A DNA stretch of 64,000 bases. It comes from Candidatus Bathyarchaeota archaeon. GTDB taxonomy: Archaea > Thermoproteota > Bathyarchaeia > TCS64. The position numbers were made by a program, and so were the translations under genes. The stretch spans positions 29,049 through 93,048 of the forward strand of contig JBDRQD010000006.1 in the NCBI GenBank assembly GCA_043826455.1, in the 5' to 3' direction. This document shows positions 18,674-29,437 of the stretch, in pieces; positions within the stretch are counted from its first letter, which is position 1, and each line of letters opens with the position of its first letter. The notes below the pieces were generated by a model that saw nothing but the letters and a program-made list of their open reading frames with translations, ran no database searches and was not told the DNA's origin.

Positions 18674-19228
18674 GTGACCCAAGCCACCGAGGACACCCTA
18701 AGGAGAATAGAGCAGTCAGCCGGGAGAAGGTACCTCCCCATCATCGGGCGCGAGAAGGGCAGGCTCCTAGGCGAGATCGTCGTCAAGCACAAACCTAGAC
18801 GGGTGCTGGAGGTGGGGACCCTGGTGGGGTACTCCACCATCCAGATGGGGAAGACCATGGGTGGCGACGCCGAGATAGTGACCATCGAGGTGGATCGGGA
18901 TGAGGCGGAGGCTGCGAGGGAGAACATCCGAGCCTCTGGGATAAAGCCCAGGGTGACGGTGATCACCGGTGACGCCCTGGACGTCATCCCGAAGCTTGAA
19001 GGAACCTTCGATCTGGTCTTCCTGGATGCCGCCAAGCACCAGTACCTGGCCTACCTGAGACTGGTGGAGGACAGGCTGGGAGCCGGCGCCGTGGTGGTGG
19101 CCGACAACGCCGGAATCAGCTCTAGGGCAATGAGAGAATATCTGGAGTATGTCCGGGGCTCCGGAAGGTACAGCAGCGAGTACATCCCCGTGGGCTGGGA
19201 CGGTGTAGAGGTCAGCGTCAAATGGTGA
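18674..19228 (+). CDS. O-methyltransferase (COMT/CCoAOMT-like)
   Basis: VLEVGTLVGYS, GDAL, FDLVFLDAAK, VVADN. Confidence 0.9.
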   Translation: MTQATEDTLRRIEQSAGRRYLPIIGREKGRLLGEIVVKHKPRRVLEVGTLVGYSTIQMGKTMGGDAEIVTIEVDRDEAEAARENIRASGIKPRVTVITGDALDVIPKLEGTFDLVFLDAAKHQYLAYLRLVEDRLGAGAVVVADNAGISSRAMREYLEYVRGSGRYSSEYIPVGWDGVEVSVKW

Positions 19229-19334
19229 CCGGCTCAGGTTCAAGGTAACTCTCTCAAACGCTTCATTGGTGTCCTCACGTGATGGATCAATGTTAGATAA
19301 TCGCCTTAAACCGGGTCCCCGACCAGACACAGGC

Positions 19335-19610
19335 ATGATCCGGTTCAGCAGAACCAGCTTCGGCCAGTGTCTGGGCTTCCTGACCTGCGTCCGGGACGGC
19401 CTGTCCGCCCGCGGCATCAAGGAGAGGCTGGGCCTCAGCAGGTACAGCTATGAGTACACCCGTAACAGGCTCCTTAGGCTCAGGCTCGTGGTCTACGACG
19501 GGGACCAGTTGCTTCTCACAGACAAGGGCCTGAACGTGCTTACCTACAGCGCCGATGCATCAGCCGGCCATGACGAAGCTGAGCTGAAGATCGCTCAGCA
19601 GCCCCCTTAG
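19335..19610 (+). CDS. Small wHTH-like protein
   Basis: LSARGIKERLGLS...LLRLRLV...LLLTDKGLNVL; 3' end overlaps the convergent gene by 51 bp. Confidence 0.5.
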   Translation: MIRFSRTSFGQCLGFLTCVRDGLSARGIKERLGLSRYSYEYTRNRLLRLRLVVYDGDQLLLTDKGLNVLTYSADASAGHDEAELKIAQQPP

Positions 19611-19847
19611 TTGATTCACCTCGTCCTCTGAGGCAAGAGCCGCCAACTGATCGACCAGGACGCTCACCGAGTCTATGGCCACCTTGGCCCGCCTCAGGTC
19701 CTTCACGGGTTCAGCGTCCTCCTTCACTGGCGCCCCCAGGTAATCAAGAGCCTTGCCGGCGAGGGCCCCTATGAAGAATCGGAGCAGCTGGTCCACCTCC
19801 AGATATTTGAGGTCGTAGGACTGCACGTCCTCTCTCTCAGAGCTCAT
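19560..19847 (-). CDS. DUF1844-like protein
   Basis: KALDYLG...KDLRRAKVAID...LSDLQLSFV. Confidence 0.7.
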   Translation of the reverse strand: MSSEREDVQSYDLKYLEVDQLLRFFIGALAGKALDYLGAPVKEDAEPVKDLRRAKVAIDSVSVLVDQLAALASEDEVNQLRGLLSDLQLSFVMAG

Positions 19848-20111
19848 GCACCATATCTGGGGTGTCAACGGAAAAACTCATCCAATGGAGGACCCCATGA
19901 AGCACCTGTTCGAAGGTAAAAGCCGGACCGGTGTGTGGCGTTGTACCTCACGCGAAGGTTTTTTAACCGCGGTTCAGGGGCGAATCTAAGTAGTCTTAGT
20001 CTCCTTTTCTCCAAACTGGCGCTAAGACTACTAACGTCTAAGCAAACGTCACCCCTCTCAAGAGACTTGTCAGCCACCGGATGGAGGAGCTGCTCATTAA
20101 TCACAATGGAC

Positions 20112-20405
20112 TCAAACTAGGAGGAGGAGCCTGTCATCCAGGCTGCGGAGCCGCTTCACCGAGTAACCCCTATCCCGTAAGCCGCCGACAACGAACTCCA
20201 CTTCGTCCCCGCCCAGGGGCCTAGCCACCTCGGCCTTCACGGCGAAGAGAGGCTCCTCAGGGCTGTAGACATCCACGCCCCTGCGTCTGGTGACGGATAC
20301 GCTGTACTCTCGGATGCCGAGGTGGAGGAGGGCGCCCTCCACAAGCCTGTGGACCTCCTGTCTCCGCTCCTCTATGTAGGAGCCGACGGCGTCACCTTTA
20401 GGCAA
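20112..20405 (-). CDS. Hypothetical protein
   Basis: 97-aa ORF overlapping the upstream PRTase stop, with typical codon usage. Confidence 0.55.
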   Translation of the reverse strand: MPKGDAVGSYIEERRQEVHRLVEGALLHLGIREYSVSVTRRRGVDVYSPEEPLFAVKAEVARPLGGDEVEFVVGGLRDRGYSVKRLRSLDDRLLLLV

Positions 20406-21015
20406 GGCGCCTGCGCTCTATCTCGGCCTGTACTTCCCTTATCTGGTCGCGGCTGAGGTCTATGCTGAAGCTGGACTTGAGGCGCCTCTTGACCTCCTCC
20501 AGGTTCCCTGCCCCCTCGGCGGCCTTGGCCACCAGGTTGCACATGTCCTCCACGAAGTTCCAGGGGAAGACCACCCACCGCCACGTGATCTCGTCCCCAT
20601 AGTAGTCGGGCACGAACTTGCTGCCCATTATGTGGCGGAGGGCGGCGGTCCTGATCTCGGCGGGGTTCTTCTCCCTGACGTAGTCCACGGCCAGCTTCAT
20701 GCTGTCCCCTGTGTCTGTGATGTCGTCCACCACCAGCACCCTCCTGCCGGTGAGGTCTATGTCGAAGGGGTACTTGATCTGGGCCTTGCCGTCGGGGGTC
20801 GCGGTGACCCCCCAGTGCTCCACCTTGAGGCTCACCAGGTCCTTCACCCCCAGGTAGTCGCAGAGGACCCTACTGAGGACCCAGCCGCCCCGGGCCAGGC
20901 CCACCATGAAGTCGGGCCTGTACCCGGACTCTATTATCTTCTTGGCGACCGCCTTTCCGAGGCGGTCGAAGAGGCCCCAGTCCATGACTTCGCACTCGAA
21001 CTTATCCCCAGGCAT
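20398..21015 (-). CDS. Type I phosphoribosyltransferase
   Basis: GLARGGW, VLVVDDITDTGDS, VVFPW; start moved to ATG 21015. Confidence 0.9.
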   Translation of the reverse strand: MPGDKFECEVMDWGLFDRLGKAVAKKIIESGYRPDFMVGLARGGWVLSRVLCDYLGVKDLVSLKVEHWGVTATPDGKAQIKYPFDIDLTGRRVLVVDDITDTGDSMKLAVDYVREKNPAEIRTAALRHIMGSKFVPDYYGDEITWRWVVFPWNFVEDMCNLVAKAAEGAGNLEEVKRRLKSSFSIDLSRDQIREVQAEIERRRLA

Positions 21016-21077
21016 AACGTAGAAAAAAGAAGGGACGATGCTTAAGACAGTTTGCCACCCAGGCGCCCAGCCTGAGC

Positions 21078-22079
21078 CTAGGATAACCCGAGGAGCCGCC
21101 CCGGGTTGTCCTTCACCATGGCACCGATGTCCGCCTCGGGGACACCCAGGTCCATGAGGCAGGCTATGAACTCTCGGAGCCCCTCCACGGGGGTGGGCAG
21201 GGTGTAGACGCCGAAGTCTGTGCATATTATGCAGCGCTCGGCTCCCAGCTCCTTCATCTGGGCGGCCGCCTGCTTGACGCCTCCGCCTACCTCGCCGCTC
21301 ATCCCCTCGTCTATGCTGGCGTACTCCCGCTCCACGTAGTAGTGGGTCTTAGGGATGGTGGTGGTGTGGGTGTACGCCGCCAGCGTGTACTCTATGTAAG
21401 CGCCCCTCCCGGCCATGTAGCTGAGCTCATCCAAAGTGGCCTCCTTGACCACGGCGCTGGACACCACCACCCGCTCGATCCCATACTCGGCAGCGTAGTC
21501 CACCAGCCTGACGGCCTCGGGCACCGAGACGTGGCCTGTGATCATGTAGACGTGGGGGTGAGCGGCGATGAGCCGGAGTATCTCGTCCAGATCCCTGCTG
21601 GGTGCTCCCTCGGGGACCCTGATACAGGTGTCCAGCTCCCTCATGAACTCGGGGAATAGTTCGCTGAGGGGCTTGAAGACGCCATCCACGACGCGGCCCT
21701 CCCTCGCCGCCTGGTACAATGTGCTGTGGGCGCCGAAGCTGACGTACTTCGCCCCGTCACCGTAGTAGAGGGCGGTCTTCACGGCTCTGGGGTTCATTCC
21801 ACCGTACACCGTGTTGAGGATGAGGCCGCCGTAGGTCTGGAAGTCGGGGACGGCCCTGTTCACCAGCCAGGCCGTACCGTTGCTCATCTCAAAGACGTCC
21901 ATGAAGACGATGGCCCTCATCCCGGCGTCCCTGGCCTGGACGGCGGCCTGGAAGGGGTCCACCCTGCGGGGGCTGCTGAAGATGTGGGGCCCGGCGTGGA
22001 CGTGGATGTCTATGGCGCCCCTGAGGAGCTCCTCGGACCTCTGGAGGGTCCTGCCCTCAGGTAGAAACCTGTCCCTCAA
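21078..22079 (-). CDS. Amidohydrolase-superfamily TIM-barrel protein (DUF6282-like)
   Basis: AIDIHVHAGP, GGLILN...GGMNP, TGHVS, CTDFG, NPGRLLG. Confidence 0.75.
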   Translation of the reverse strand: MRDRFLPEGRTLQRSEELLRGAIDIHVHAGPHIFSSPRRVDPFQAAVQARDAGMRAIVFMDVFEMSNGTAWLVNRAVPDFQTYGGLILNTVYGGMNPRAVKTALYYGDGAKYVSFGAHSTLYQAAREGRVVDGVFKPLSELFPEFMRELDTCIRVPEGAPSRDLDEILRLIAAHPHVYMITGHVSVPEAVRLVDYAAEYGIERVVVSSAVVKEATLDELSYMAGRGAYIEYTLAAYTHTTTIPKTHYYVEREYASIDEGMSGEVGGGVKQAAAQMKELGAERCIICTDFGVYTLPTPVEGLREFIACLMDLGVPEADIGAMVKDNPGRLLGLS

Positions 22080-22205
22080 ACCGTATCAAGGATATCACTC
22101 GTCGGTGGAATATAGTATCTACTTCCCGTCACCATTTCCACCCCTGCGCCGAACGCTCGCGCGGTTTAAAGGCAACCTTTCCAATAGGGTTACCGGTGAG
22201 GATCG

Positions 22206-23012
22206 GTGAGGTACTGCTCTAAATGCGGTAAGGAGAACAGCGACACAGCCGAGTTCTGTAAGCACTGCGGCGAGAAACTGGCCGGCGTCACCTACGTGAA
22301 GCCCAGGGGTTCGGGCTGGGACGCGGGCCGCGTCATAGTCACCATCATCGGCGTCGTCATGATCTTCACGGCTTTCGGCCTCGTCATGGGGGGCGGCAGC
22401 CTCAGGTTCATCAGGGGCACCATAATGGACGATGAGGGCTTCATCGTGAGCGGTGTGAAAGGGGTGTCCTCTTCCTCCTACGCTATAGTTTTCCAGAACC
22501 TGGACGTGCACATCGACGACGAGGCGAGCAGGGTGATGAGGGCCATGGGGGGTGACATTGTGTTCAAGTTAGAGGCTACAAGCGGGGACCCGTCCAAGGC
22601 CGTGTTCCTGGGGGTGGCGCAAGACTCGTACGCCGCCGCCTACCTGGGCCAGGTGGAGTACGACAGGCTTGTGAGCTCCAGATGGGAGTACGACCCCTTC
22701 GTCAACGATTTCCCGGAGTACACCCTTAGCAGGCACCCCGGCTCGGCTCCCTCAGGGCCGCCCACCATGCACAGCTTCTGGGTCGTCCACCAGTACGGGA
22801 CGGGGAGCCAGGTGCTCACGTGGAGGCCGACCACGGGCAGCTACTGGGTCGTAGTGATGAACGAGGACGCCTCGGCTGGGGTGGACGTGGACGTCAAGCT
22901 GGGTGTGAGGGTTCCCCTCATTGAGAGCCTAGGGGGGATACTGCTGTTCAGCGGCATCATCATAGGGCTCATTGGCGGGTTCATCATCTACCACGCCGTC
23001 ATACGCAGGTGA
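22206..23012 (+). CDS. Zinc-ribbon membrane protein
   Basis: CSKCG...FCKHCG at the N-terminus, two TM segments, GSYWVVVMNED. Confidence 0.75.
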   Translation: MRYCSKCGKENSDTAEFCKHCGEKLAGVTYVKPRGSGWDAGRVIVTIIGVVMIFTAFGLVMGGGSLRFIRGTIMDDEGFIVSGVKGVSSSSYAIVFQNLDVHIDDEASRVMRAMGGDIVFKLEATSGDPSKAVFLGVAQDSYAAAYLGQVEYDRLVSSRWEYDPFVNDFPEYTLSRHPGSAPSGPPTMHSFWVVHQYGTGSQVLTWRPTTGSYWVVVMNEDASAGVDVDVKLGVRVPLIESLGGILLFSGIIIGLIGGFIIYHAVIRR

Positions 23013-23096
23013 AGCCAACCTTTTTCTAGCACCTACCCGATCCTGTGACGGAGAGGCGATGAGGCTATAACCCTCGCCGCTCAAGGTGAATACGAG

Positions 23097-23507
23097 ATGG
23101 AGAAAGACTACAAGAACATGCTGGAGCGCGCCTACTCCCAGCTCCCCGAGGACACTGGGCCCCTGGACAGGTTCACTGTGCCCAGGGCGGACGTCCGTCA
23201 GCAGGGAAGGAGGAGCGTCATCGTCAACTTCATGGAGATAGCTGAGGCATTGCGTAGAGACCCCGACCACCTGATGAAGTTCATACTCAACGAGACTGCC
23301 ACCAGGGGCACCCTGGACGGCAACAGGGCTATGCTGCAGGGCAGGTTCAACGCCGAGACCATCAGGAACATCGTGGACATCTACACCAACAGGTATGTCA
23401 TCTGCCCCGTGTGCGGCCGCCCCGACACCCACATGGTGAAGGACAGGAGGCTCACCTTCCTCCAGTGCGACGCCTGCGGCGCCAGGAGCAGCATAGGGAA
23501 GGCCTAG
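23097..23507 (+). CDS. eif2b: Translation initiation factor aIF-2 beta
   Basis: NFMEIAEALRRDPDH, YVICPVCGRPDT, CDACGA. Confidence 0.95.
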   Translation: MEKDYKNMLERAYSQLPEDTGPLDRFTVPRADVRQQGRRSVIVNFMEIAEALRRDPDHLMKFILNETATRGTLDGNRAMLQGRFNAETIRNIVDIYTNRYVICPVCGRPDTHMVKDRRLTFLQCDACGARSSIGKA

Positions 23508-23509
23508 CG

Positions 23510-23809
23510 TTGGGCAGGGTCTACGTCAAGTCCATGCGCCGCGGCAAGGACACCGTGGTGGCGGTCTGCGACGAGGAGATCCTGGGCGCGACCCTTGAGG
23601 GGGGCAGGGTGCCCTTCACGGTGAGCGAGGGCTTCTACAAGGGAGTCCTGGGCGACGTAGAGGAGGCCCTAGAGGCCATGAGGCGGGCCACCATCTGCAA
23701 CCTGGTGGGCAAGAGGATCGTCGAGGCGGCCATCGGGTGCAGGATGGTGCACGAGCGGGCCGTAATATACTTCGGTGACGTGCCCCACGCCCAGATAGTG
23801 AAGCTGTAG
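23510..23809 (+). CDS. DUF424 family protein
   Basis: VAVCDEEILG, FYKG, NLVG, VPHAQI; the usual neighbour of aIF-2beta; TTG start at 23510. Confidence 0.85.
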   Translation: MGRVYVKSMRRGKDTVVAVCDEEILGATLEGGRVPFTVSEGFYKGVLGDVEEALEAMRRATICNLVGKRIVEAAIGCRMVHERAVIYFGDVPHAQIVKL

Positions 23810-23857
23810 GGATAATCTCTTTTAGCCGTACGGTCACTTCCTTACGGTGAAGTTTTC

Positions 23858-25111
23858 TTGGACTACAAGGTCAAGGACATTGGGCTCGCTGAGCAGGGCG
23901 AGCTGTTGATCGACTGGGCCACGGACCACATGCCCGTCCTGGGGCTCATCAGGAAGAGGTTCGAGAAGGAGAAGCCTCTGAAGGGTGTCCGGCTGGGCGC
24001 CGTACTCCACTGTACCAAGGAGACGGCGGTGCTGGTGCGGACCCTGGAGGCGGGGGGCGCCAAGGTGGCTATCGCCGGCTCGAACCCCCTGTCCACCCAG
24101 GACGCGGTGGTGGCTGCTTTGGCTGCGTCAGGCACCCCGGTTTACGGCTGGAGGGAGCAGACCAAGGACGAGTACTACTGGTGCATCGACCAGCTCCTAG
24201 AGTTCAAGCCCCAGGTGACCATGGACGACGGCTGCGACCTGGTGAGCAGACTCCACGAGAAGGCGCCTGAGCTACTGGGCAAGGTCAAGGGTGGCAGCGA
24301 GGAGACCACCACGGGCGTCATCAGGCTCAGAGCCATGGAGAAGGACGGTGCGCTGAAGTACCCCATGGTGGCCGTGAACGACACCCCCACCAAGCGCCTC
24401 TTCGACAACAGGTACGGGACAGGGCAGAGCACCATTGACGGCATCCTGCGGGCGTCCAGCGTCATGATCGCGGGCAAGACCTTCGTGGTATGCGGCTACG
24501 GCTGGTGCAGCCGAGGCATAGCCATGAGGGCCAGGGGCATGGGCGCCAACGTCATAGTCACCGAGGTGAACCCTACCAGGGCCTTGGAGGCCGTGATGGA
24601 CGGGTACAGGGTGATGCCGCTGCAGGAGGCGGCGCCCATCGGCGACATCTTCGTCACCAGCACAGGCAACGTCAACGTCATCGACGGGCACCACATGGAG
24701 AAGATGAGGGACGGCGCCATGCTGGCCAACAGCGGCCACTTCAACGTGGAGATCAACATCCCGGCCCTGGAGAGCCTGTCCAAGGGCAAGCGCAGGATGC
24801 GGTCAGACCTAGACGAGTACAGGCTCAAGGACGGCAGGAAGATCTATCTGCTAGGTGAGGGCAGGCTGGTGAACTTGGCCGCGGCGGAGGGCCACCCCAG
24901 CGAGGTCATGGACCTGAGCTTCGCGGACCAGGCGCTGATAGCGGAGTGGCTGTGGAAGGGGCCCAAGCTGGCGGTCAGGGTCTACGATGTGCCCTCGGAC
25001 ATCGACGCCATGGTGGCCAGGCTGAAACTAGAGTCCATGGGCGTGGGCGTGGACAAGCTGACCGAGCAGCAGCTCAAGTACATGAGCAGCTGGCGTGAGG
25101 GCACCACCTAG
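23858..25111 (+). CDS. ahcY: Adenosylhomocysteinase
   Basis: [37 protein letters not shown]. Confidence 0.97.
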   Translation: MDYKVKDIGLAEQGELLIDWATDHMPVLGLIRKRFEKEKPLKGVRLGAVLHCTKETAVLVRTLEAGGAKVAIAGSNPLSTQDAVVAALAASGTPVYGWREQTKDEYYWCIDQLLEFKPQVTMDDGCDLVSRLHEKAPELLGKVKGGSEETTTGVIRLRAMEKDGALKYPMVAVNDTPTKRLFDNRYGTGQSTIDGILRASSVMIAGKTFVVCGYGWCSRGIAMRARGMGANVIVTEVNPTRALEAVMDGYRVMPLQEAAPIGDIFVTSTGNVNVIDGHHMEKMRDGAMLANSGHFNVEINIPALESLSKGKRRMRSDLDEYRLKDGRKIYLLGEGRLVNLAAAEGHPSEVMDLSFADQALIAEWLWKGPKLAVRVYDVPSDIDAMVARLKLESMGVGVDKLTEQQLKYMSSWREGTT

Positions 25112-26322
25112 CTGAGGCAGACACCGTCCTCAGTGCCCCGGAGAATCCCCCTCTCCACCAGGAACTCTATGCTGTTCTCGGTCTCCCCGGGGGTGAAGCC
25201 CTGGCGGCTCATCTCCCGGACCAGCCACGACGGCTGGTAGAAGAAGCCCGGAATCTTTATGGTGCGCACTATCTGGCGGCTGCACGCCTTGATACGGCTC
25301 TCGTTGCTCATCAGCGGCCCCATAATGGTCTCCACGCGGCTGGTGAGGGGCGCCGCCGGAATGCCCAGGCTGTTCTTCACGTGCTTGTAGAAGTCCTTGG
25401 TCATGCTTCCGCCGTGGAAGGTGAGCACCCGCTTGGGCTTGCACCTGCGCGTGTAGCTCATCAAGCTCCGGTAGTCGGCGTGGTCGCTGAGGGGAAACGC
25501 TGTCCGCTTCTTGCCCATGATGATGGCCCAGCCCGAGGCAAGGGCCTCATCGGCGTCGCCGGCTGTGATCTTGCTGCCCTTGGGGGTGACTATGGCGCAC
25601 TTACCGGAGTCTATGAGGTCCAGTCCCTCCGAGCTTTTAGCGTCCACGCTGTCCAGGTTGTAGCCAAGCTCCCTGTACACGTCCGTGACGGGCGTCGCGC
25701 TCTTAGCCGTCACCGCCGGGAGGTTGGTGTACTGGTTGAGGATGCTGATGATCTCCTGGGCGTTGCCTATGCTGTCCGTCTTGAACACCGGTATCCTGCC
25801 GCTGAGCACCGTGTTCACCGCCCACTGGTATATCTCCACGGCCACGTCGTCCCTCTTGGGGAAGCTGAACATGGGAGCACCGAAGGTGGTCTCCACTATC
25901 AGGATGTCACAGTCCACGGGGGGCGCAGGGTCCATGGTGAAGGTGGTCTCGGTGCACAGGTCGCCGGTATAGAGCACCGTGCCCCCCGGGGTGTTGACCT
26001 CGTACATGACGCTGCCCAGGACGTGGCCGCTGTTGTGGGCCCGGACCTCTATGTCTCCGATGGCTATCTTGCCCCCCGCCTTTACAGGCTCCAGGTTCTC
26101 CAGGCGCTTCCACCCCATTGCTCCGAGGAGCCGTAGCGTCTCAGTGGTGGCGTACTTGGTGCGCTCGGGGTGCTTGAAGGCCGCGGCGTGGTCGGCGTGG
26201 GCGTGGGTGACGAAGGTCGGGTAGCTGTGGGTGTTGCGGGTAGGATCGAGTACGATCCCCTGGTCTCCGTACTCTACCACCACTCCGCCGCTGAAACGTA
26301 CCTTAAGATCCACTTGGGCCAC
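25108..26322 (-). CDS. MBL-fold RNA-processing exonuclease-like protein with C-terminal extension
   Basis: THAHADH, SGHVLGS, YTGD, ETTFG, LSDHAD, TFHG. Confidence 0.85.
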   Translation of the reverse strand: MAQVDLKVRFSGGVVVEYGDQGIVLDPTRNTHSYPTFVTHAHADHAAAFKHPERTKYATTETLRLLGAMGWKRLENLEPVKAGGKIAIGDIEVRAHNSGHVLGSVMYEVNTPGGTVLYTGDLCTETTFTMDPAPPVDCDILIVETTFGAPMFSFPKRDDVAVEIYQWAVNTVLSGRIPVFKTDSIGNAQEIISILNQYTNLPAVTAKSATPVTDVYRELGYNLDSVDAKSSEGLDLIDSGKCAIVTPKGSKITAGDADEALASGWAIIMGKKRTAFPLSDHADYRSLMSYTRRCKPKRVLTFHGGSMTKDFYKHVKNSLGIPAAPLTSRVETIMGPLMSNESRIKACSRQIVRTIKIPGFFYQPSWLVREMSRQGFTPGETENSIEFLVERGILRGTEDGVCLS

Positions 26323-26390
26323 CGGACTGAATCATTATAATTCTGGTGAATTGTCCCAATAAGGAGTGCGGCGTTATTTATACCCGCTGG

Positions 26391-26765
26391 TCACCGGGTC
26401 TGCAGCATAAGTATGGCCTGGGCCAGGTCTCCGCCGCTCTGCTCCAACGCTGCACGGGCCTTCTCCATGCTCACGTTGGCCTGCTGCGCCACCAGGAGCA
26501 CGTCCTCCTCAGGGATCTCGGGGGGCGCCTCCTCCGCCACCTCCTCAGCGGGGGCAGCCTCCGGCTTCCTTGTGGTCTCCCTGCCGCCCACCACGTTGTA
26601 CATCTTCTGGCCCTGCACGTTCATGCTGGTGACGGCGGGACCCTCGATGATGATCTCCCTGGTGTCGCTCTGGAGGATGACTCGCTTGATGTCACCCAGC
26701 TCATCCATCTTCATGCCCATCTGCTGCATCATGCGGCGGGCCCGCCTAGAATCCATCCTAGCCAT
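26391..26765 (-). CDS. nac: Nascent polypeptide-associated complex protein
   Basis: RRMMQQMG, NAC barrel, UBA tail EDVLLVAQQANVS...GDLAQAI. Confidence 0.95.
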   Translation of the reverse strand: MARMDSRRARRMMQQMGMKMDELGDIKRVILQSDTREIIIEGPAVTSMNVQGQKMYNVVGGRETTRKPEAAPAEEVAEEAPPEIPEEDVLLVAQQANVSMEKARAALEQSGGDLAQAILMLQTR

Positions 26766-26859
26766 GGCGTGTTCGCAGAATATGAAGGGCAACTGGAATT
26801 TAAATCATGAAGGGTACGCCTTGAAGAATTGAAAAGAGAATAGATGGAGGAAAGAGAGG

Positions 26860-27699
26860 CTAAAGGGTCTTGGCGGCTGCCTTCACCGTGTTCCTGAGGA
26901 GCATGGCTATGAGCATAGGGCCCACACCGCCTGGCACCGGGGTGATAGCGGACGCCTTCTCCATGGCGGCCTCCGCGTCCACGTCCCCGAACACCTTCTT
27001 GCCCTCGTAGTTATTGCCGTTGTCGATTACCACGACGCCCTTCTTCAGCATGTCGCCCGTGACCCCGTGCTTCGTGAACATCTCGGTGCTCACCACGTCG
27101 GCCTGCCTCACCAGCTCAGCCAGGTGGGGGCACTTGGGGCCCACCACGGTTACGCGTAGCTTCAAGTTGGCCAGCACAGCGGCCAGAGGCTTGGATAGGA
27201 AGTTGGATTTGCCAACAACCACCCAGTGCTTGTTCTCAGGGTCGATGCCGTACCTCTTCAGGAGCTCCAGGATAGCCTCGACGCCCGCCGGCATATACGC
27301 CTCCTCACCCATGAGCAACTTGCCCAGGGTGTTGGGGCACAGACCGTCCACGTCCTTCCTAGGGTCGATGGCGTCCACCGCAGACAGCTCGTCCAGCCCC
27401 TCAGCCAAGGGCAGCTGCACCATGATGCCGTGGATCTTGGGGTCCTTGTTCAGCTTGCAGATGAGGGCTACAAGGTCCTTCTGGGTGGTCTTCTCCAGGT
27501 GGTGAAACTCGGCGTAGAGGCCCAGCTCCTCGGCCTTCTTCGCCTTCATGCCCACGTAGCGGGCGCTGTACTTGTCCTCGCCCGTGAGGACAAGGGCCAG
27601 GCCCGGTGTGACTCCCTTGGCCTTGAGATCGGCCACCTGGGCGGCCAGCTCCTGCATCACCGTCTCGGTGGTCGCCCGCCCGTCCAATATTGTGGCCAT
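26860..27699 (-). CDS. folD: Methylene-THF dehydrogenase/cyclohydrolase (divergent)
   Basis: S..YV..K, HGIMVQLPL, KDVDG, ITPVPGGVGPM. Confidence 0.9.
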   Translation of the reverse strand: MATILDGRATTETVMQELAAQVADLKAKGVTPGLALVLTGEDKYSARYVGMKAKKAEELGLYAEFHHLEKTTQKDLVALICKLNKDPKIHGIMVQLPLAEGLDELSAVDAIDPRKDVDGLCPNTLGKLLMGEEAYMPAGVEAILELLKRYGIDPENKHWVVVGKSNFLSKPLAAVLANLKLRVTVVGPKCPHLAELVRQADVVSTEMFTKHGVTGDMLKKGVVVIDNGNNYEGKKVFGDVDAEAAMEKASAITPVPGGVGPMLIAMLLRNTVKAAAKTL

Positions 27700-27700
27700 C

Positions 27701-29377
27701 TCAGCTCAGCCCCTTTATGACGCCGTTCTCGTCGATGTCCATGTCGTCGGACGCAGGCTTCGACGGCAGCCCGGGCATGGTGTTGATGTCCCCGCAGTAA
27801 GCCACTATGAAGCCGACGCCTGTGGCGGGCTTCAGGTTCCTGACGGGCAGGATGTATCCCTCCGGGGGCATCCCCTGGATGTCCTCGTTGTCCGTGAGGC
27901 TCAGAGGCGTCTTGGCCATGCAGATGGGCATCTTGTCGAAGCCCAGCTTCTCTATCTTCCTGAGGGTGCTCCTGGCCTCGGAGCTCAGCTCGATGTCCGC
28001 CACCTTGTACATGCCCTGGGCGATGGCCCTGATCTTGTCCTCCACGGGCATCTCCAGGTCGTAGAGGTAGTGGAAGCTGCTGCCCTTCTTGACCTCCCTG
28101 AGCACCACCTCGGCCAGCTCCTTGCCGCCGACCCCGCCCTTCAGCACTGTGTCCGTGAACGCGGCGGGCACGCCCTCCTTCTTGGCCCAGTTCAGGATCA
28201 CGTCGATCTCCTCCGGGGTATCCGTGTAGAAGTGGTTCATGCAGACGACGACACGCAGACCGAACCTCTTGGCGTTGTCCACCTCGTTGGCCAGTATGGG
28301 CAGGCCCGCCCTCACCTTCTCAGGGTTGGGTTCCTTCAGGTCCTTGTACTTGACGCCGGCGTGGCGCTTCAGCGCCTTGATGGTGGCCACGATGACAGCC
28401 AGGTCGGGTTTCAGGCCGCCAGCCCTGGACGCTATATTGCAGAACTTCTCCATGCCCAGGTCGGCTCCGAAGCCGGGCTCCACGATGACGTAGTCCGTGA
28501 GCTTGAGGGCCGTCTTGATGGCTGACAGGCTGGGGCAGCCGTGGGCGATGTTGGCGAAGGGGCCGCCGTGGATGATGGCGGGAGTGTTCTCCAGGGTCTG
28601 GACCAGGTTGGGCTTCACGGCGTCCTTCAGTAGGATGGCTAATGCGCCTATGCCGCCTATGTCCTTGGCCTTGACGGCCTCACCCTTCTTGTTGTAGGCC
28701 ACTGTGATCTCGCCCATGCGCCTCTTCATCTCCATGAGGTCGCTGCTGATGGCGTGGATGGCCGTGATCTCGGAGGCCGTGGTGATCTCGAAGCCCGTCT
28801 CGTATGGGACGCCGTCGTTCTTGCCGCCGAGGCCCGCGACTATGTTACGGAGGAAGCTGCTCTCGATGTCCAGCACCCTCTTCCACATCACCTGCTTCAT
28901 GTCGATGTTCAGGTCGTTGCCCCTGAACACGTGGTTCTCCATGAGGCTGGTGAGCAGGTCGTGGGCCACAGTGATGGCGTGGAGGTCACCAGTGAAGTGG
29001 ATGTTGATGTCCTCCATGGGTAGGACCTGGGCGTAGCCGCCCCCGGCCGCTCCTCCCTTGATCCCGAAGACGGGGCCGAGGCTGGGCTGACGCAGAACCA
29101 CGATGTTCTTCTTGCCCAGCTTACCCAGCGCCTGGGCCAGGCCGACGGCCATGGTGGTCTTACCCTCACCGCTCTTGGTGGGGGTGACAGCTGACACGAT
29201 GATCAGCCTGCCGTCAGGCTTGTCCTTCCTGTCCGTGAGGACGTGGGACTTGATCTTGGCTTTATACTTACCATAAAGCTCTATGTCATCCTCTTTGAGC
29301 CCGAGGCTCGCAGCGATCTCCGTGATCGGCTTGAGCTTGGCGCTCTGAGCGATCTCTATGTCCGGTGGAATAGCCAT
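27701..29377 (-). CDS. fhs: Formate--tetrahydrofolate ligase
   Basis: GEGKTT, GGAAGGGYAQV, HFTGD, HGGPFANIAHG, GFGADLG, MPGLP. Confidence 0.95.
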   Translation of the reverse strand: MAIPPDIEIAQSAKLKPITEIAASLGLKEDDIELYGKYKAKIKSHVLTDRKDKPDGRLIIVSAVTPTKSGEGKTTMAVGLAQALGKLGKKNIVVLRQPSLGPVFGIKGGAAGGGYAQVLPMEDINIHFTGDLHAITVAHDLLTSLMENHVFRGNDLNIDMKQVMWKRVLDIESSFLRNIVAGLGGKNDGVPYETGFEITTASEITAIHAISSDLMEMKRRMGEITVAYNKKGEAVKAKDIGGIGALAILLKDAVKPNLVQTLENTPAIIHGGPFANIAHGCPSLSAIKTALKLTDYVIVEPGFGADLGMEKFCNIASRAGGLKPDLAVIVATIKALKRHAGVKYKDLKEPNPEKVRAGLPILANEVDNAKRFGLRVVVCMNHFYTDTPEEIDVILNWAKKEGVPAAFTDTVLKGGVGGKELAEVVLREVKKGSSFHYLYDLEMPVEDKIRAIAQGMYKVADIELSSEARSTLRKIEKLGFDKMPICMAKTPLSLTDNEDIQGMPPEGYILPVRNLKPATGVGFIVAYCGDINTMPGLPSKPASDDMDIDENGVIKGLS

Positions 29378-29437
29378 AGTGTTTCAAGGAATAGATGTGA
29401 GCCCGCTTAATAACTTTCAGGGGAAAAAAATGGGGAG

